64,000 bases of DNA from Syntrophales bacterium (GTDB lineage Bacteria > Desulfobacterota > Syntrophia > Syntrophales > UBA2185), in contig DASRZZ010000052.1 in the NCBI GenBank assembly GCA_035685925.1, positions 17,615 through 81,614 on the forward strand, read 5' to 3'. A model generated the notes under the pieces. The model had not been told where the DNA came from, ran no database searches, and saw only the letters and a program-made list of their open reading frames with translations. A program made the position numbers and the translations under genes. This document shows positions 18,332 through 27,919 of this stretch, one piece after another; position 1 is the first letter of the stretch; each line of letters starts with the position of its first letter.

Positions 18332-19837
18332 GTGGCTCTGGAAACTGCCATGTCCCTTGTTGATGATATTTACCGCTGCTGCCTTTCAGGCCCTTTGAAG
18401 GGCGAACTGACGGCGCAGAATGTTTCCCTCTATCACACCTCCCCTTTCACAATCTACTGCGAACACTTTATCTCAGCAGAAGAAAAAGATCCCATAAGTC
18501 CCTACCGTAAACTCCTTCTCGAGAGGGGGCGTGAACACGAACGAAAAGCGATTGAAAAGGCATTCCCATTTTGCAGTCCAATACGTTATGAGAAACCCAA
18601 GGAGGGCTTTCGCAGGTTGCTACATGAAATGGCGGGCGGAGCCGAGGTCATCTCCGGGCCTCCCATGTTTTATCTCCCGGAGAATATGGTGGGAGTTGGA
18701 GACATCCTTGAGAAGAGATATGGCCATCCATCCGCTTTTGGAAATTATTACTATATTGTGACGGAAATCAAACAGGCAAGAAGAATCAAGAAAGAACATA
18801 TCCTTCAGGCTGCCTTCTACACTTATATGCTCTCAAGGATCCAGGAATACACGCCGGAAATATTTCGGATCATCAATCACGATTTTGAAGTGCGCGAATA
18901 TTCCTTCTCCGATTATGAGGCCGAGCTACAGATTGCGCTTCGAGGAACCCGGGCAATTATGAATGGCACCGAACGGCCCACGGCAACCTACAATGCGGCG
19001 GAGTGGCCATGGGAAAGGTATATCAATCATGAGGCAATCAGAATGCGTGATGTGTCGCTGGTGGGACAGGTAGGTCCCAGAACAAAGGAAAAGCTGGTTG
19101 ACCAGGGAGTCAAAAAGGTCTGGGATGTTGCGTACGCAAGAGCAGACGCATTACAGAGAATCCCGGGAATAAGCGAAACAACTGCCAGGAAACTGATTTT
19201 GAATGCCAAGGCCATCATGAAGAATGAACCGATTCCCGTCGACTTTTCAGGCGTGCGATTCCCCGCAGTATCTATGGAAATATTTCTGGACATGGAGGGA
19301 ACCGATGAGCCGGATCTCGAAGGCGCGACTGATGCTGTTGATTATCTCATCGGAGCCCTTGTTTATACGGGTGACAGGGATGAGTATCATCCATTCATCT
19401 CCCACATGATAGAGTATGAGGGAAAAATGTTTTGTGAATTTATGTCCTTTCTGAAAAAGCATAATAATTACGTAATTTACCATTGGCACAATTATGAACG
19501 CTGGCATATAAAGCGCCTCGCACAGAGGCATAACCTTGCCGAGGAAGCCGAGAAATGGGTTTTATCCCACATGATCGACCTCCACAGGGTGGCCACCAAA
19601 GCTTTCGCTTTTCCCACATATACGAACGGCCTCAAAGATATTGCATCTTTCCTTGGTTTCAAGTGGCGACACGACGACGTCAATGCCCTTGACGCCATAG
19701 CCTACTACCTCAAATACCAGACTGATCCCGAAGGATACCGAGAGAAGATCCTGGCTGTTATCGATTACAATGAAGACGACTGCAGGGCGACAAGATTAAT
19801 CAAGAACTGGCTTGAGGAGCAGAAAAATAACACTTAA
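18332..19837 (+). CDS. RecB-like nuclease of the TM0106 type (PD-(D/E)xK N-domain + RNase-H-like C-domain)
   Basis: 501 aa. The N-terminal half has PD-(D/E)xK-like GDIL...VTEIKQ. A helix-hairpin-helix-like GISETTARKL follows. The C-terminal half has FLDMEG, HWHNYE and YNEDDCRAT, as in RNase-H-fold exonucleases. Confidence 0.65.
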   Translation: MALETAMSLVDDIYRCCLSGPLKGELTAQNVSLYHTSPFTIYCEHFISAEEKDPISPYRKLLLERGREHERKAIEKAFPFCSPIRYEKPKEGFRRLLHEMAGGAEVISGPPMFYLPENMVGVGDILEKRYGHPSAFGNYYYIVTEIKQARRIKKEHILQAAFYTYMLSRIQEYTPEIFRIINHDFEVREYSFSDYEAELQIALRGTRAIMNGTERPTATYNAAEWPWERYINHEAIRMRDVSLVGQVGPRTKEKLVDQGVKKVWDVAYARADALQRIPGISETTARKLILNAKAIMKNEPIPVDFSGVRFPAVSMEIFLDMEGTDEPDLEGATDAVDYLIGALVYTGDRDEYHPFISHMIEYEGKMFCEFMSFLKKHNNYVIYHWHNYERWHIKRLAQRHNLAEEAEKWVLSHMIDLHRVATKAFAFPTYTNGLKDIASFLGFKWRHDDVNALDAIAYYLKYQTDPEGYREKILAVIDYNEDDCRATRLIKNWLEEQKNNT

Positions 19838-19988
19838 GCCGACTGCGATGTTGCGAGTAGTGCAGGACTTTAGGGTCTGCAGATACGGCAGACCTGAAGG
19901 CCCGCATTACATTATAATCCTGATAACAGCCAGTTTCACACCACCTACATGCTATAGACAGATCATATCCTTTATGATAGGAAAGAGC

Positions 19989-21242
19989 ATGAAATCGTCA
20001 CTCAAAAAAAAGCTTTCACCATCGGCAAAGATAAGAGTCAAATCCACTATCGTGGAGATGGATGGTGACGAGATGGCCAGAATCATCTGGAAGCTCGTTA
20101 AGGACAAGCTGCTTTTTCCCTATCTTTCCATGGACATCGAATACTATGATCTTCACATCAAGAATCGCGATACAACGAACGACCATGTCACCGTGGAGGC
20201 GGCAAGAGCTGTCATGCGGAATGGAATAGGGGTCAAGTGCGCAACTATCACTCCGAATCAGGAACGCGCCAAGGAATACAGTCTCAAGCAACTATGGAAG
20301 AGCCCAAATGCAACAATCAGGGAAATGCTCGAGGGAACAGTTTTCAGAAAGCCGATCCTCGTGGAAAATATCCGGCCATCTGTATCCACCTGGAAGAAAC
20401 CCATCACTATTGGAAGACATGCCCATGGCGATGTTTACAACAACATAGAGATGCGGATAGACGCCCCCGGGAGGGCAGAGCTCATTTTTACGTCCGCTGG
20501 GGGCAGTTCCCCCATCAGGCAGACTATTGGGGAATTTACGGGGCCGGGGATTATCCAGGGCATGCACAATACGGATGAGTCCATACAGAATTTCTCAAAA
20601 GCCTGCTTCATGCATGCCCTCGATCAAAAGACCGATCTCTGGTTCAGCAGCAAGGATACCATCTCCCAGATATACGATGGCCGCTTCAGGGATATATTTG
20701 AGAAGGAATATATAGAAAACTGGAAGGAAAAATTTGACCGGGCTGGTATCTCATATTTCTATACACTAATCGATGATGCTGCGGCACGAATCATGAAGTC
20801 TGAAGGTGGCGTTCTGTGGGCGCTCAAGAACTACGATGGAGATGTCATGTCCGACATGATAGCATCGGCAAACGGAAGCCTGGCCATGATGACCTCTGTC
20901 CTCGTCTCTCCCCGGGGATATTTTGAGTATGAGGCGGCTCACGGCACTGTGCAGAAACACTACTACAAACATCTCCAGGGCGAGGAAACATCCACGAATC
21001 CCATGGCGATAATCTTTGCCTGGTCGGGATGCCTAAAGAAGCGCGCAGAAATCGACTCGACTCCTGAAGTAGCCACATTTGCGGACAAACTTGAAAAGTC
21101 GGCCATTTCCACCGTAGCCTCCGGGATCATGACAGGCGATCTCCTTTCGGTTGCCAAACGGAGCCATAAGAACAGGAAAGTAAATACGGAAACATTTGTC
21201 GATGCAATTGCCAAGAATCTCAGAAAAAGATTATCCGGTTAA
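19989..21242 (+). CDS. icd: NADP-dependent isocitrate dehydrogenase (eukaryote-like homodimeric IDH1 type)
   Basis: VEMDGDEMARIIWKLVKDKLLFPYL..., GVKCATITP, GRHAHGD, KNYDGDVMSD and AAHGTV align closely with IDH1-type enzymes as I remember them. I set the start at ATG 19989. The 59 upstream codons in the track ORF have no IDH similarity. Confidence 0.9.
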   Translation: MKSSLKKKLSPSAKIRVKSTIVEMDGDEMARIIWKLVKDKLLFPYLSMDIEYYDLHIKNRDTTNDHVTVEAARAVMRNGIGVKCATITPNQERAKEYSLKQLWKSPNATIREMLEGTVFRKPILVENIRPSVSTWKKPITIGRHAHGDVYNNIEMRIDAPGRAELIFTSAGGSSPIRQTIGEFTGPGIIQGMHNTDESIQNFSKACFMHALDQKTDLWFSSKDTISQIYDGRFRDIFEKEYIENWKEKFDRAGISYFYTLIDDAAARIMKSEGGVLWALKNYDGDVMSDMIASANGSLAMMTSVLVSPRGYFEYEAAHGTVQKHYYKHLQGEETSTNPMAIIFAWSGCLKKRAEIDSTPEVATFADKLEKSAISTVASGIMTGDLLSVAKRSHKNRKVNTETFVDAIAKNLRKRLSG

Positions 21243-21258
21243 ACCTAATGTAAGAGAC

Positions 21259-22263
21259 ATGAGTCTATCTGAGCTGGAGAACCTCATTTCGATATTCGGC
21301 AAGGAAAAGTACCGGGCAAGGCAGATCATGAAGTGGCTTTACCAGTCAAATGCCGCATCTTTTGATGATATGACAGACCTTTCCAGGACCTTCCGAAATG
21401 TGATGCATGATGCAGCCAGGATCGGTCTGCCGGAGATCGTAAAAACACAGGTCTCAAACGACGGCACGAAGAAGATCCTCTTCGAACTCGAGGACGGTGT
21501 TCTAATCGAAAGCGTCCTCATCCCCGGGAAGAACCACTGGACTGTTTGCATCTCCACGCAAGCCGGCTGCCAGATGGGTTGCGCGTTCTGTTTGACTGGA
21601 AGCCGGGGGTTCAGAAGAAACCTCCTCCCTTCCGAGATAACGGGACAGATAACAAGGCTTTTCCGCGAAACAGAGGAGGGAGGAAATCTTAAAAACATAG
21701 TTATGATGGGAATGGGGGAGCCTCTTGCCAACTATGAAAACGTAATCAAGGCGATAAGGATCATCACCTCCGATGTTGGATTCGGTTTTTCCCACAGGAA
21801 AATCACATTATCTACCTGCGGGATTGCACCGATGATCGAACAGTTGGGCCGGGACATCTGTATCAATCTGGCGATTTCCCTGAACGCAGCGGACGATACG
21901 ATGAGAAGCGCTCTGATGCCCATCAATAAGAAATATCCCATAGAAAAACTTCTTGCCGCCTGCCGGAATTATCCTATGCCGGGGCGGAGGATGCTTACAT
22001 TTGAATACATTTTGATCGCCGGCATGAACTCGAGGCCGGAAGATGCGGAAAAACTGGCGCGTCTCCTCAGGGGGATACGATGCAAGATTAACCTGATCGC
22101 TTTCAACGAATTTCCGGGTCCTGAGTTCAGGGCGCCTTCTCTGGATGAAATGCGAGCCTTTCAGCAGATTCTCCTCAGGGAGCACTACACAGCTATAATC
22201 CGGGCAAGCAAGGGGAGCGACATAATGGCTGCCTGTGGCCAATTGAGCGGACAAGCAGGCTAG
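21259..22263 (+). CDS. rlmN: 23S rRNA/tRNA (adenine-C2)-methyltransferase RlmN (radical SAM)
   Basis: KYRARQIMKWLYQ, the radical-SAM motif GCQMGCAFCLTG, and MGMGEPLAN. The start at M22 of the track ORF gives a canonical N-terminus. Confidence 0.9.
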   Translation: MSLSELENLISIFGKEKYRARQIMKWLYQSNAASFDDMTDLSRTFRNVMHDAARIGLPEIVKTQVSNDGTKKILFELEDGVLIESVLIPGKNHWTVCISTQAGCQMGCAFCLTGSRGFRRNLLPSEITGQITRLFRETEEGGNLKNIVMMGMGEPLANYENVIKAIRIITSDVGFGFSHRKITLSTCGIAPMIEQLGRDICINLAISLNAADDTMRSALMPINKKYPIEKLLAACRNYPMPGRRMLTFEYILIAGMNSRPEDAEKLARLLRGIRCKINLIAFNEFPGPEFRAPSLDEMRAFQQILLREHYTAIIRASKGSDIMAACGQLSGQAG

Positions 22264-22376
22264 AGGGGGTGATCGAAGGGAGAGAATTGCCGTAATAACA
22301 GGAATTATTGTGCTTATCTTTTGGGCACGTACTCTAATTACCTCTTACAGATTGTGATCAAAAGGAGGAACACTGT

Positions 22377-23705
22377 ATGCCTGGAGTCTTCAAAGATTAC
22401 GCAAAGAACAAATTAAAGAAACCGGCACCTCTGAAAGGAATAAGGGTAATAGAGGTTTGTACATTACTCTTCGGACCGGCGGGCCCATCTTTTCTGGCCG
22501 AGATGGGGGCCGAAGTGATCAAGGTCGAATTACCCCCCGTGGGAGATGTAACGCGCTCCCTGAATCCCTTCGGATGGTTTTTTAAGGAACAGGGTCCGAT
22601 GTTCATGCACATCAACCCGTCGAAATACTACATGGCCCTGGATCTGCACAAGGATATGGCCCAGAACATCTTCAAAGAGCTCTGTGCGAAAGCGGACATC
22701 GTCGAGTTCAACCTCCGGCCTGCGGTAACGAACCGCTGGAACATAGGTTATGAAGATATCAAGAAAGTAAACCCCGGCATTATTTACATTGAGAAAAACG
22801 GATTCGGCCAGTGGGGCAGCTATGCAGAGGAGGACCGTCCGTCCAACGACGGTGCTGCGCAGGCGCTGTCGGGCTATGCATGGATGTCAAGTTTTTCCAA
22901 GAGACCTCCGCTCAAACAGGGCATCTGGATCTGCGACGTATACGGAGCCATGATGGGTGAAGTTGCCGTGCTGGCCGCCCTTCATCACCGGAAAAGAACC
23001 GGCAAGGGCCAGTATATGGAAATGTCGCAGAGTGAAAATATAATGCGTGTCATGGGTTGGATTTGGCCCTACCAGCAACTGACGGGCAAGGCGGCGGAAC
23101 CGTCAGGGAATCGGGATCAGTGTATCTGCCCTGCCGATACATTCCTTTGTAAGGACGGCAATTTTGCCGCCCTTGCGGCGCCATCGCCTGATGAATTCAA
23201 GGGCTTATGTGCTGCCATGGCTAAGCTGGAGCTGCCTGATGATCCCCGCTTTAAGGATCATACGACTAGACTCAAAGATGAAAACGCCATGGCAATCCTC
23301 AAGATCATCGCCGACTGGGCCGCGACCAAGACAGCTGACCAGATCGAGAACCTTGGCAAGAAACACGGTTTCGCTGCTACCAGGCTTCACAGCGCCAAAG
23401 ACGAATTCGAAGATCCCCACCGCAGGGATCGAGGCTTTATCAAAGAGATTGACGACCCTATGTACGGGAAATTCGTTGACCATGAAATCCCCATAATGAT
23501 GTCCGAGACGCCGCCCAAACACCGCTGGACCGTAAGGCCCGTAGGGTTTGATAATGACTTTATCATGACCAAGATACTGGGCAGGAGCCAGGCACAACTG
23601 GACGAACTCTACACACAGGGGGTCCTGGGAAGATGGAAGGACCAGCAGGGTCGCAGGCCGCCCCCTGCCTGGGACGGGCAATCCGGCGCTATATTAAGGA
23701 GGTGA
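22377..23705 (+). CDS. Family III (CaiB/BaiF-type) CoA-transferase, paralogue 1
   Basis: 442 aa. PLKGIRVIEVCTLLFGPAGPSFLAEMGAEVIKVELPPVGDVTR is the family-III N-terminal signature. AGGAGG lies upstream. Confidence 0.8.
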   Translation: MPGVFKDYAKNKLKKPAPLKGIRVIEVCTLLFGPAGPSFLAEMGAEVIKVELPPVGDVTRSLNPFGWFFKEQGPMFMHINPSKYYMALDLHKDMAQNIFKELCAKADIVEFNLRPAVTNRWNIGYEDIKKVNPGIIYIEKNGFGQWGSYAEEDRPSNDGAAQALSGYAWMSSFSKRPPLKQGIWICDVYGAMMGEVAVLAALHHRKRTGKGQYMEMSQSENIMRVMGWIWPYQQLTGKAAEPSGNRDQCICPADTFLCKDGNFAALAAPSPDEFKGLCAAMAKLELPDDPRFKDHTTRLKDENAMAILKIIADWAATKTADQIENLGKKHGFAATRLHSAKDEFEDPHRRDRGFIKEIDDPMYGKFVDHEIPIMMSETPPKHRWTVRPVGFDNDFIMTKILGRSQAQLDELYTQGVLGRWKDQQGRRPPPAWDGQSGAILRR

Positions 23706-23711
23706 TAAAAC

Positions 23712-25061
23712 ATGACAGAACACAAAAGAGCAAAATGGGCGGCATGGGCGGACCATATCAGGTCAATGGATGATCCGGCAAACAACTTTGAAAAACCAGA
23801 GGCCTTGGATGACCTCGTTGTGATTGACCTAAGTTCGCGCAGCATGGCAGGATGTTTCTGTTCTTCCATGCTGTCAGAGCTTGGCGCAGAGACTATCCGC
23901 ATTGAACCGCCGGGAGGCGACCTGGTCAGGACTTACTCCCCCAACGGGATAATGGTGAAGGATACAGGACTCGCCTATCTCCAGGAGGGACGAAACAAGT
24001 ATCATATAACACTGAACCTGGAGACAGAAGAAGGGAGGGAAATACTTAAGTCCTTTGTCGCACATGCGGACGTCCTCATCGAGACCTATCCTGCAGGGAC
24101 TATGGAGAAGTGGAAAATCGGGTACGAGGCGCTCTCAGAGATCAATCCGCGCCTGATCTTTGCATCGATTTCCACCTTCGGCCAGTTTGGTCCGGACAGC
24201 AAGAGAAAACAATACGATTATGACAATGTTTCCCAGGCCCGCTCCAGCATACAGTATGCGACAGGAGAGGTCCTGCCTGAAGGGAAGAGTGTGGAGGATG
24301 TGCCATACGCCGTCCCCACAAAGGCAGGGCCATGGATAGCGTGGTCTGTCTCCGGCACTTTCGCAGCCATGGGGATACTGGCTGCCCTTTATCATAGGGA
24401 CGTGACGGGCGAGGGCCAGGCAATTGATGTATCAACACCGGAAGCTTACGGCCGCCTGAACGATTATCAGCTCATGTGGTATGGTGAGGCAGGAGTAATC
24501 AATGAACGTTTCGGCAGTCTTGATACGGCCTTATGGCTGTATGGCTTTTACCCGACAAAGGATGGCGGCGTCTTCCTTGGAGGTCTCCGCTTGGAGATGT
24601 GGAAGGCCTTCGTGGATATGATGGGAAAATACGAAGAGTGGAAGGCCGATGAATGGACGACCCTGGCACCATTCATGAAAAAAGATTGGCAGCTCAAGTA
24701 TCAGTCTATGATCGATCCGCTTACTTCACAGTACACAAGCGAAGAACTCACAAAGAAATCTGTTGAATATGCAAAAAGTGGCAGGCTGGCGCCCATCACA
24801 CCTGTTGTAGCGGAGATAGTATCGCCGTGGAAGGCGATGCACGATGAAAACTGGCTGGACCGGGGTATGTTCACGACGGTTCAGGATCCCGTTTATGGCC
24901 CTGTTCTATGCGCCCAGGCTCAATGGAAGGCAACAGAGACACCGCCCCGGACAAAATGGGCTTGTCGACCTGTTGGCTACGACAACGGTTTTATATACCT
25001 CAAGTATTTTGGATATGGCCCGGTGAAGCTCAAAGAACTGGGGGGCAAGGGCATTATCTAA
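23712..25061 (+). CDS. Family III (CaiB/BaiF-type) CoA-transferase, paralogue 2
   Basis: 449 aa. LDDLVVIDLSSRSMAGCFCSSMLSELGAETIRIEPPGGDLVR is the family signature. It starts 6 nt after paralogue 1, and its AGGAGG lies inside the end of that gene. Confidence 0.8.
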   Translation: MTEHKRAKWAAWADHIRSMDDPANNFEKPEALDDLVVIDLSSRSMAGCFCSSMLSELGAETIRIEPPGGDLVRTYSPNGIMVKDTGLAYLQEGRNKYHITLNLETEEGREILKSFVAHADVLIETYPAGTMEKWKIGYEALSEINPRLIFASISTFGQFGPDSKRKQYDYDNVSQARSSIQYATGEVLPEGKSVEDVPYAVPTKAGPWIAWSVSGTFAAMGILAALYHRDVTGEGQAIDVSTPEAYGRLNDYQLMWYGEAGVINERFGSLDTALWLYGFYPTKDGGVFLGGLRLEMWKAFVDMMGKYEEWKADEWTTLAPFMKKDWQLKYQSMIDPLTSQYTSEELTKKSVEYAKSGRLAPITPVVAEIVSPWKAMHDENWLDRGMFTTVQDPVYGPVLCAQAQWKATETPPRTKWACRPVGYDNGFIYLKYFGYGPVKLKELGGKGII

Positions 25062-25064
25062 AAG

Positions 25065-26696
25065 ATGACACATCCCAGACTGGTTGAAACGATGTTCCGG
25101 CCGGAATTCTATCCCCACCGGCCGGAACACGTTGAATTTATCCAGACGCACATATCCTATATTTTCATCGCCGGAGATTACGTATATAAGGTCAAGAAAT
25201 CTGTCGATTTCGACTTCCTCGATTTTTCTACAATCGACAGGAGAAGATTTTACTGCAACGAAGAGCTCCGGTTGAACAGGAGACTTGCCCCCGGTGTGTA
25301 TCTTGATGTCCTCGAAATTGGCGAAGATGCAAGAGGCAACATAGTGCTGGGAAAGGGGGAACAGGTCGTCGATTATGCCGTTCTCATGAAGAAGCTGCCC
25401 CAGGACAGGATGCTTCAAATATTGCTTCAACAGGGGAAAACTGGCCGCGCGGTCATGGATGCCATTGCCAGGAAACTCGTTGATTTCCATGCGCATGCTG
25501 CAACAGGCGGCATCATTGATGAAATCGGAGGTGTGGAGACAATACACAGGAACCACGACGAAAATTTTGAGGAGACACGAAATTACATAAGTACAACGAT
25601 CCCGGAATATCAGTACCGATTCATAAAACATTACGCATACGATTTCATGGATAGGCATCGGGATCTCCTTGTGAAAAGGGTGCAAAACCATAAGATCAGG
25701 GACTGCCACGGCGACCTTCACCTGAAACATATCTGCATTATAGATTCCGGTACACGGTTTAGACAAGCAGGAAAACCAAGCAATTCTTATTCTCCAGAAG
25801 ATATCATCATATTTGATTGCATCGAATTCAACGAACGGTTCCGTTATGAGGATGTCGCCTCTGAAGTGGCCTTCTTGGCTATGGATCTGGATTACAATGG
25901 ATATCCCGATTATGCGGATACTTTTGTACGGGCCTATATTGGACATTCAGGTGATCGTGAGATCGGAAGCCTGCAGAATTTCTATAAATGCTACTATGCT
26001 TATGTGCGGGGTAAGGTCATAAGTTTCAGGCTGGGCGATAGCTCCATAAGTCAGGATAATCTGGAGGAAGAAACAAGTACAGCGCCAAGATATTTCGATC
26101 TCGCCTACACATATTCGGCAAGATTGGAAAAGCTAACTCTCGTCCTGATGGCGGGGCTTACGGGGACAGGAAAGAGTGTCCTGGCCAACTCACTTGCACC
26201 GCGGATCGGTGCTGAGATCATTCGAAGCGATATCCTGCGAAAAGAGATGTTACAAATTACACCCACGGACAGACACCCTGAAGCCTTTGGCAAAGGCATA
26301 TATGAAGACGAGACCACACGGAAGACCTATGATAAGGCACTCGAACTGGCATCAGAGAAACTGGCCGAGGGAAAGTCGGTCATCATCGATGCAACCTACA
26401 AGAGCAGCAGGGATCGTCGAAGGGCCCTTATGGCGGCAGAAAGACTAAAGATTGATTTCTTCATCATCGAGTGTATATGCGCGGAGGATGTCATCAAGGA
26501 GAGGCTCGATATGCGGATGTCCGACAAGGGAGAGGCTTCTGACGGACGCTGGGAAATTTATCTTGCACAGAAGGAAACCTTCGATAGAATCACCGAAATA
26601 CCCGAGAAATCGCATATCATTATTGACACCTCTTTCACATCGGAGGCATGCACGTATAAGGCCCTGCAAAAAATAAAGAATTTCTCCTTGGGATAG
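25065..26696 (+). CDS. Fusion protein: aminoglycoside-phosphotransferase-like (protein-kinase fold) N-domain + P-loop kinase (AAA_33-like) C-domain
   Basis: 543 aa. The N-domain has HISYIFIAGDYVYKVKK and DCHGDLHLKHIC (kinase catalytic-loop-like HGDLH). The C-domain has the Walker A motif GLTGTGKSVLA. It starts 3 nt after the preceding stop. Confidence 0.7.
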   Translation: MTHPRLVETMFRPEFYPHRPEHVEFIQTHISYIFIAGDYVYKVKKSVDFDFLDFSTIDRRRFYCNEELRLNRRLAPGVYLDVLEIGEDARGNIVLGKGEQVVDYAVLMKKLPQDRMLQILLQQGKTGRAVMDAIARKLVDFHAHAATGGIIDEIGGVETIHRNHDENFEETRNYISTTIPEYQYRFIKHYAYDFMDRHRDLLVKRVQNHKIRDCHGDLHLKHICIIDSGTRFRQAGKPSNSYSPEDIIIFDCIEFNERFRYEDVASEVAFLAMDLDYNGYPDYADTFVRAYIGHSGDREIGSLQNFYKCYYAYVRGKVISFRLGDSSISQDNLEEETSTAPRYFDLAYTYSARLEKLTLVLMAGLTGTGKSVLANSLAPRIGAEIIRSDILRKEMLQITPTDRHPEAFGKGIYEDETTRKTYDKALELASEKLAEGKSVIIDATYKSSRDRRRALMAAERLKIDFFIIECICAEDVIKERLDMRMSDKGEASDGRWEIYLAQKETFDRITEIPEKSHIIIDTSFTSEACTYKALQKIKNFSLG

Positions 26697-26775
26697 TAAT
26701 CGCGTGATCGGAGCTTCACAAAAACTCCGGTTTTGCTCCGAGTTGATTTTCCATGATCACGGGGGACCAGGCAGG

Positions 26776-27507
26776 TTATTTTGTGTCTTTTGATTCTTTT
26801 TTGCTCGCCTCTTCCTGGGCAATCCTCTTTTTTGTTTCACCGATAAAGTAAGATAGCTTATAGTCTAAACCAAGGTTTGCATAATTCTTCGCAATTGTCT
26901 CAAATCTTTTGAGAGCGGATTTATACTGCTTTTTCTTGAAGTAGAATTTACCTACGTAGAATTCATTTTCTGCAAGATTCTTCTTGCATTCACGAAGATT
27001 CTTCTCCGCCATCAAGGAAAATTTACTGTCAGGAAAGCGTGTAATTAGCCTTTCAAATTCTTTTATGGCCTTGTTTGTTTCGGTCTGATCACGGTCTATG
27101 CTGTACATCTGCTTATAGTGGCACATGCCAAGCTGATAAATCGCGTAAGGCACATTCTCATTCGTTGGATGGAGGTTAATAAAGTCATTGTAGGCCAGCT
27201 CAGCCTCACCATACTCCGCATCACTGAATTGTGAATCGGCTATCCCCAGCTCTGCGAGGAGGGCAAGCTTGCTGAGAGGATACTGGTCCCTCACCTTCTG
27301 GAAATATTCAACTGCCCTCTTGTACCAGCCACTCTGATAAGCCTCATATCCTTTTTGATATAAGTGTTCAGGCGTTCCTTTTGCCTTGTCTGGCTTCTCC
27401 CAAAAATGCGTAACACGAGTCCATAAGCCACATCCGGAAAGCAAAAATACCGTGATTACAAGGATTAGAACCGTATTTTTCCTGCTAATTTTTTCAGACA
27501 TGATCAC
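26776..27507 (-). CDS. bamD: Outer membrane protein assembly factor BamD-like TPR lipoprotein
   Basis: 243 aa. It has a lipobox (LLSGCG) and TPR-like repeats (YQKGYEAYQSGWYKRAVEYFQKV..., YAIYQLGMCHYKQ...) typical of BamD/YfiO. Its start overlaps the trxA stop. Confidence 0.7.
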   Translation of the reverse strand: MIMSEKISRKNTVLILVITVFLLSGCGLWTRVTHFWEKPDKAKGTPEHLYQKGYEAYQSGWYKRAVEYFQKVRDQYPLSKLALLAELGIADSQFSDAEYGEAELAYNDFINLHPTNENVPYAIYQLGMCHYKQMYSIDRDQTETNKAIKEFERLITRFPDSKFSLMAEKNLRECKKNLAENEFYVGKFYFKKKQYKSALKRFETIAKNYANLGLDYKLSYFIGETKKRIAQEEASKKESKDTK

Positions 27508-27836
27508 AGAGCCTTTTTGATCAATCCTTCAAGACGGCTCTTTGGAGACAGGCCTACGAGCTTATCCATGATATTGCCTTTATTGAACAGGATCAGCGTC
27601 GGTATGCTCATCACACCATAGGCTGTGGCTGTTTTAGGATTGTCATCAATATTTATCTTTCCCACCTTGACTCGGTCCTTATACGCCTCTGCGATGTCTT
27701 CCACAATAGGCCCGACGGCCCTGCAGGGACCGCACCACGGCGCCCAAAAATCGACAAGCACGGGTCTTTCCGCTTTGAGCACCTCCTGTTCAAAATTGGC
27801 ATCTGTAAATTGCGCCAGAGATTTCTCTTCAGCCAT
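27504..27836 (-). CDS. trxA: Thioredoxin
   Basis: The WCGPC active site sits in VLVDFWAPWCGPCR. I set the start at the ATG (MAEEKSL...) preceded by GAGGAGGA. The track ORF starts at an upstream TTG. Confidence 0.9.
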   Translation of the reverse strand: MAEEKSLAQFTDANFEQEVLKAERPVLVDFWAPWCGPCRAVGPIVEDIAEAYKDRVKVGKINIDDNPKTATAYGVMSIPTLILFNKGNIMDKLVGLSPKSRLEGLIKKAL

Positions 27837-27919
27837 GCTGTATCCTCCTCGACAACTGTCTTCGATCCTATTACTATATTGCAACAAAGGATGTCAAATG
27901 CAATTTATTATCGCCCATT

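Noticed and set aside
19812-19988. 59-codon N-terminal extension of the icd ORF that overlaps the end of the nuclease gene.
   Set aside because: IDH1-type similarity starts only at MKSS...VEMDGDEM, and the extension has an odd composition. The internal ATG at 19989, preceded by AGGAAAGAG, is the more plausible start.
24906-25946. 346-aa ORF on the minus strand.
   Set aside because: It lies entirely antisense to the 3' end of the second CoA-transferase gene and to the APH/P-loop fusion gene, both of which have clear family motifs. The antisense translation has no recognisable motif and an Ile/Phe/Cys-skewed composition typical of shadow ORFs.
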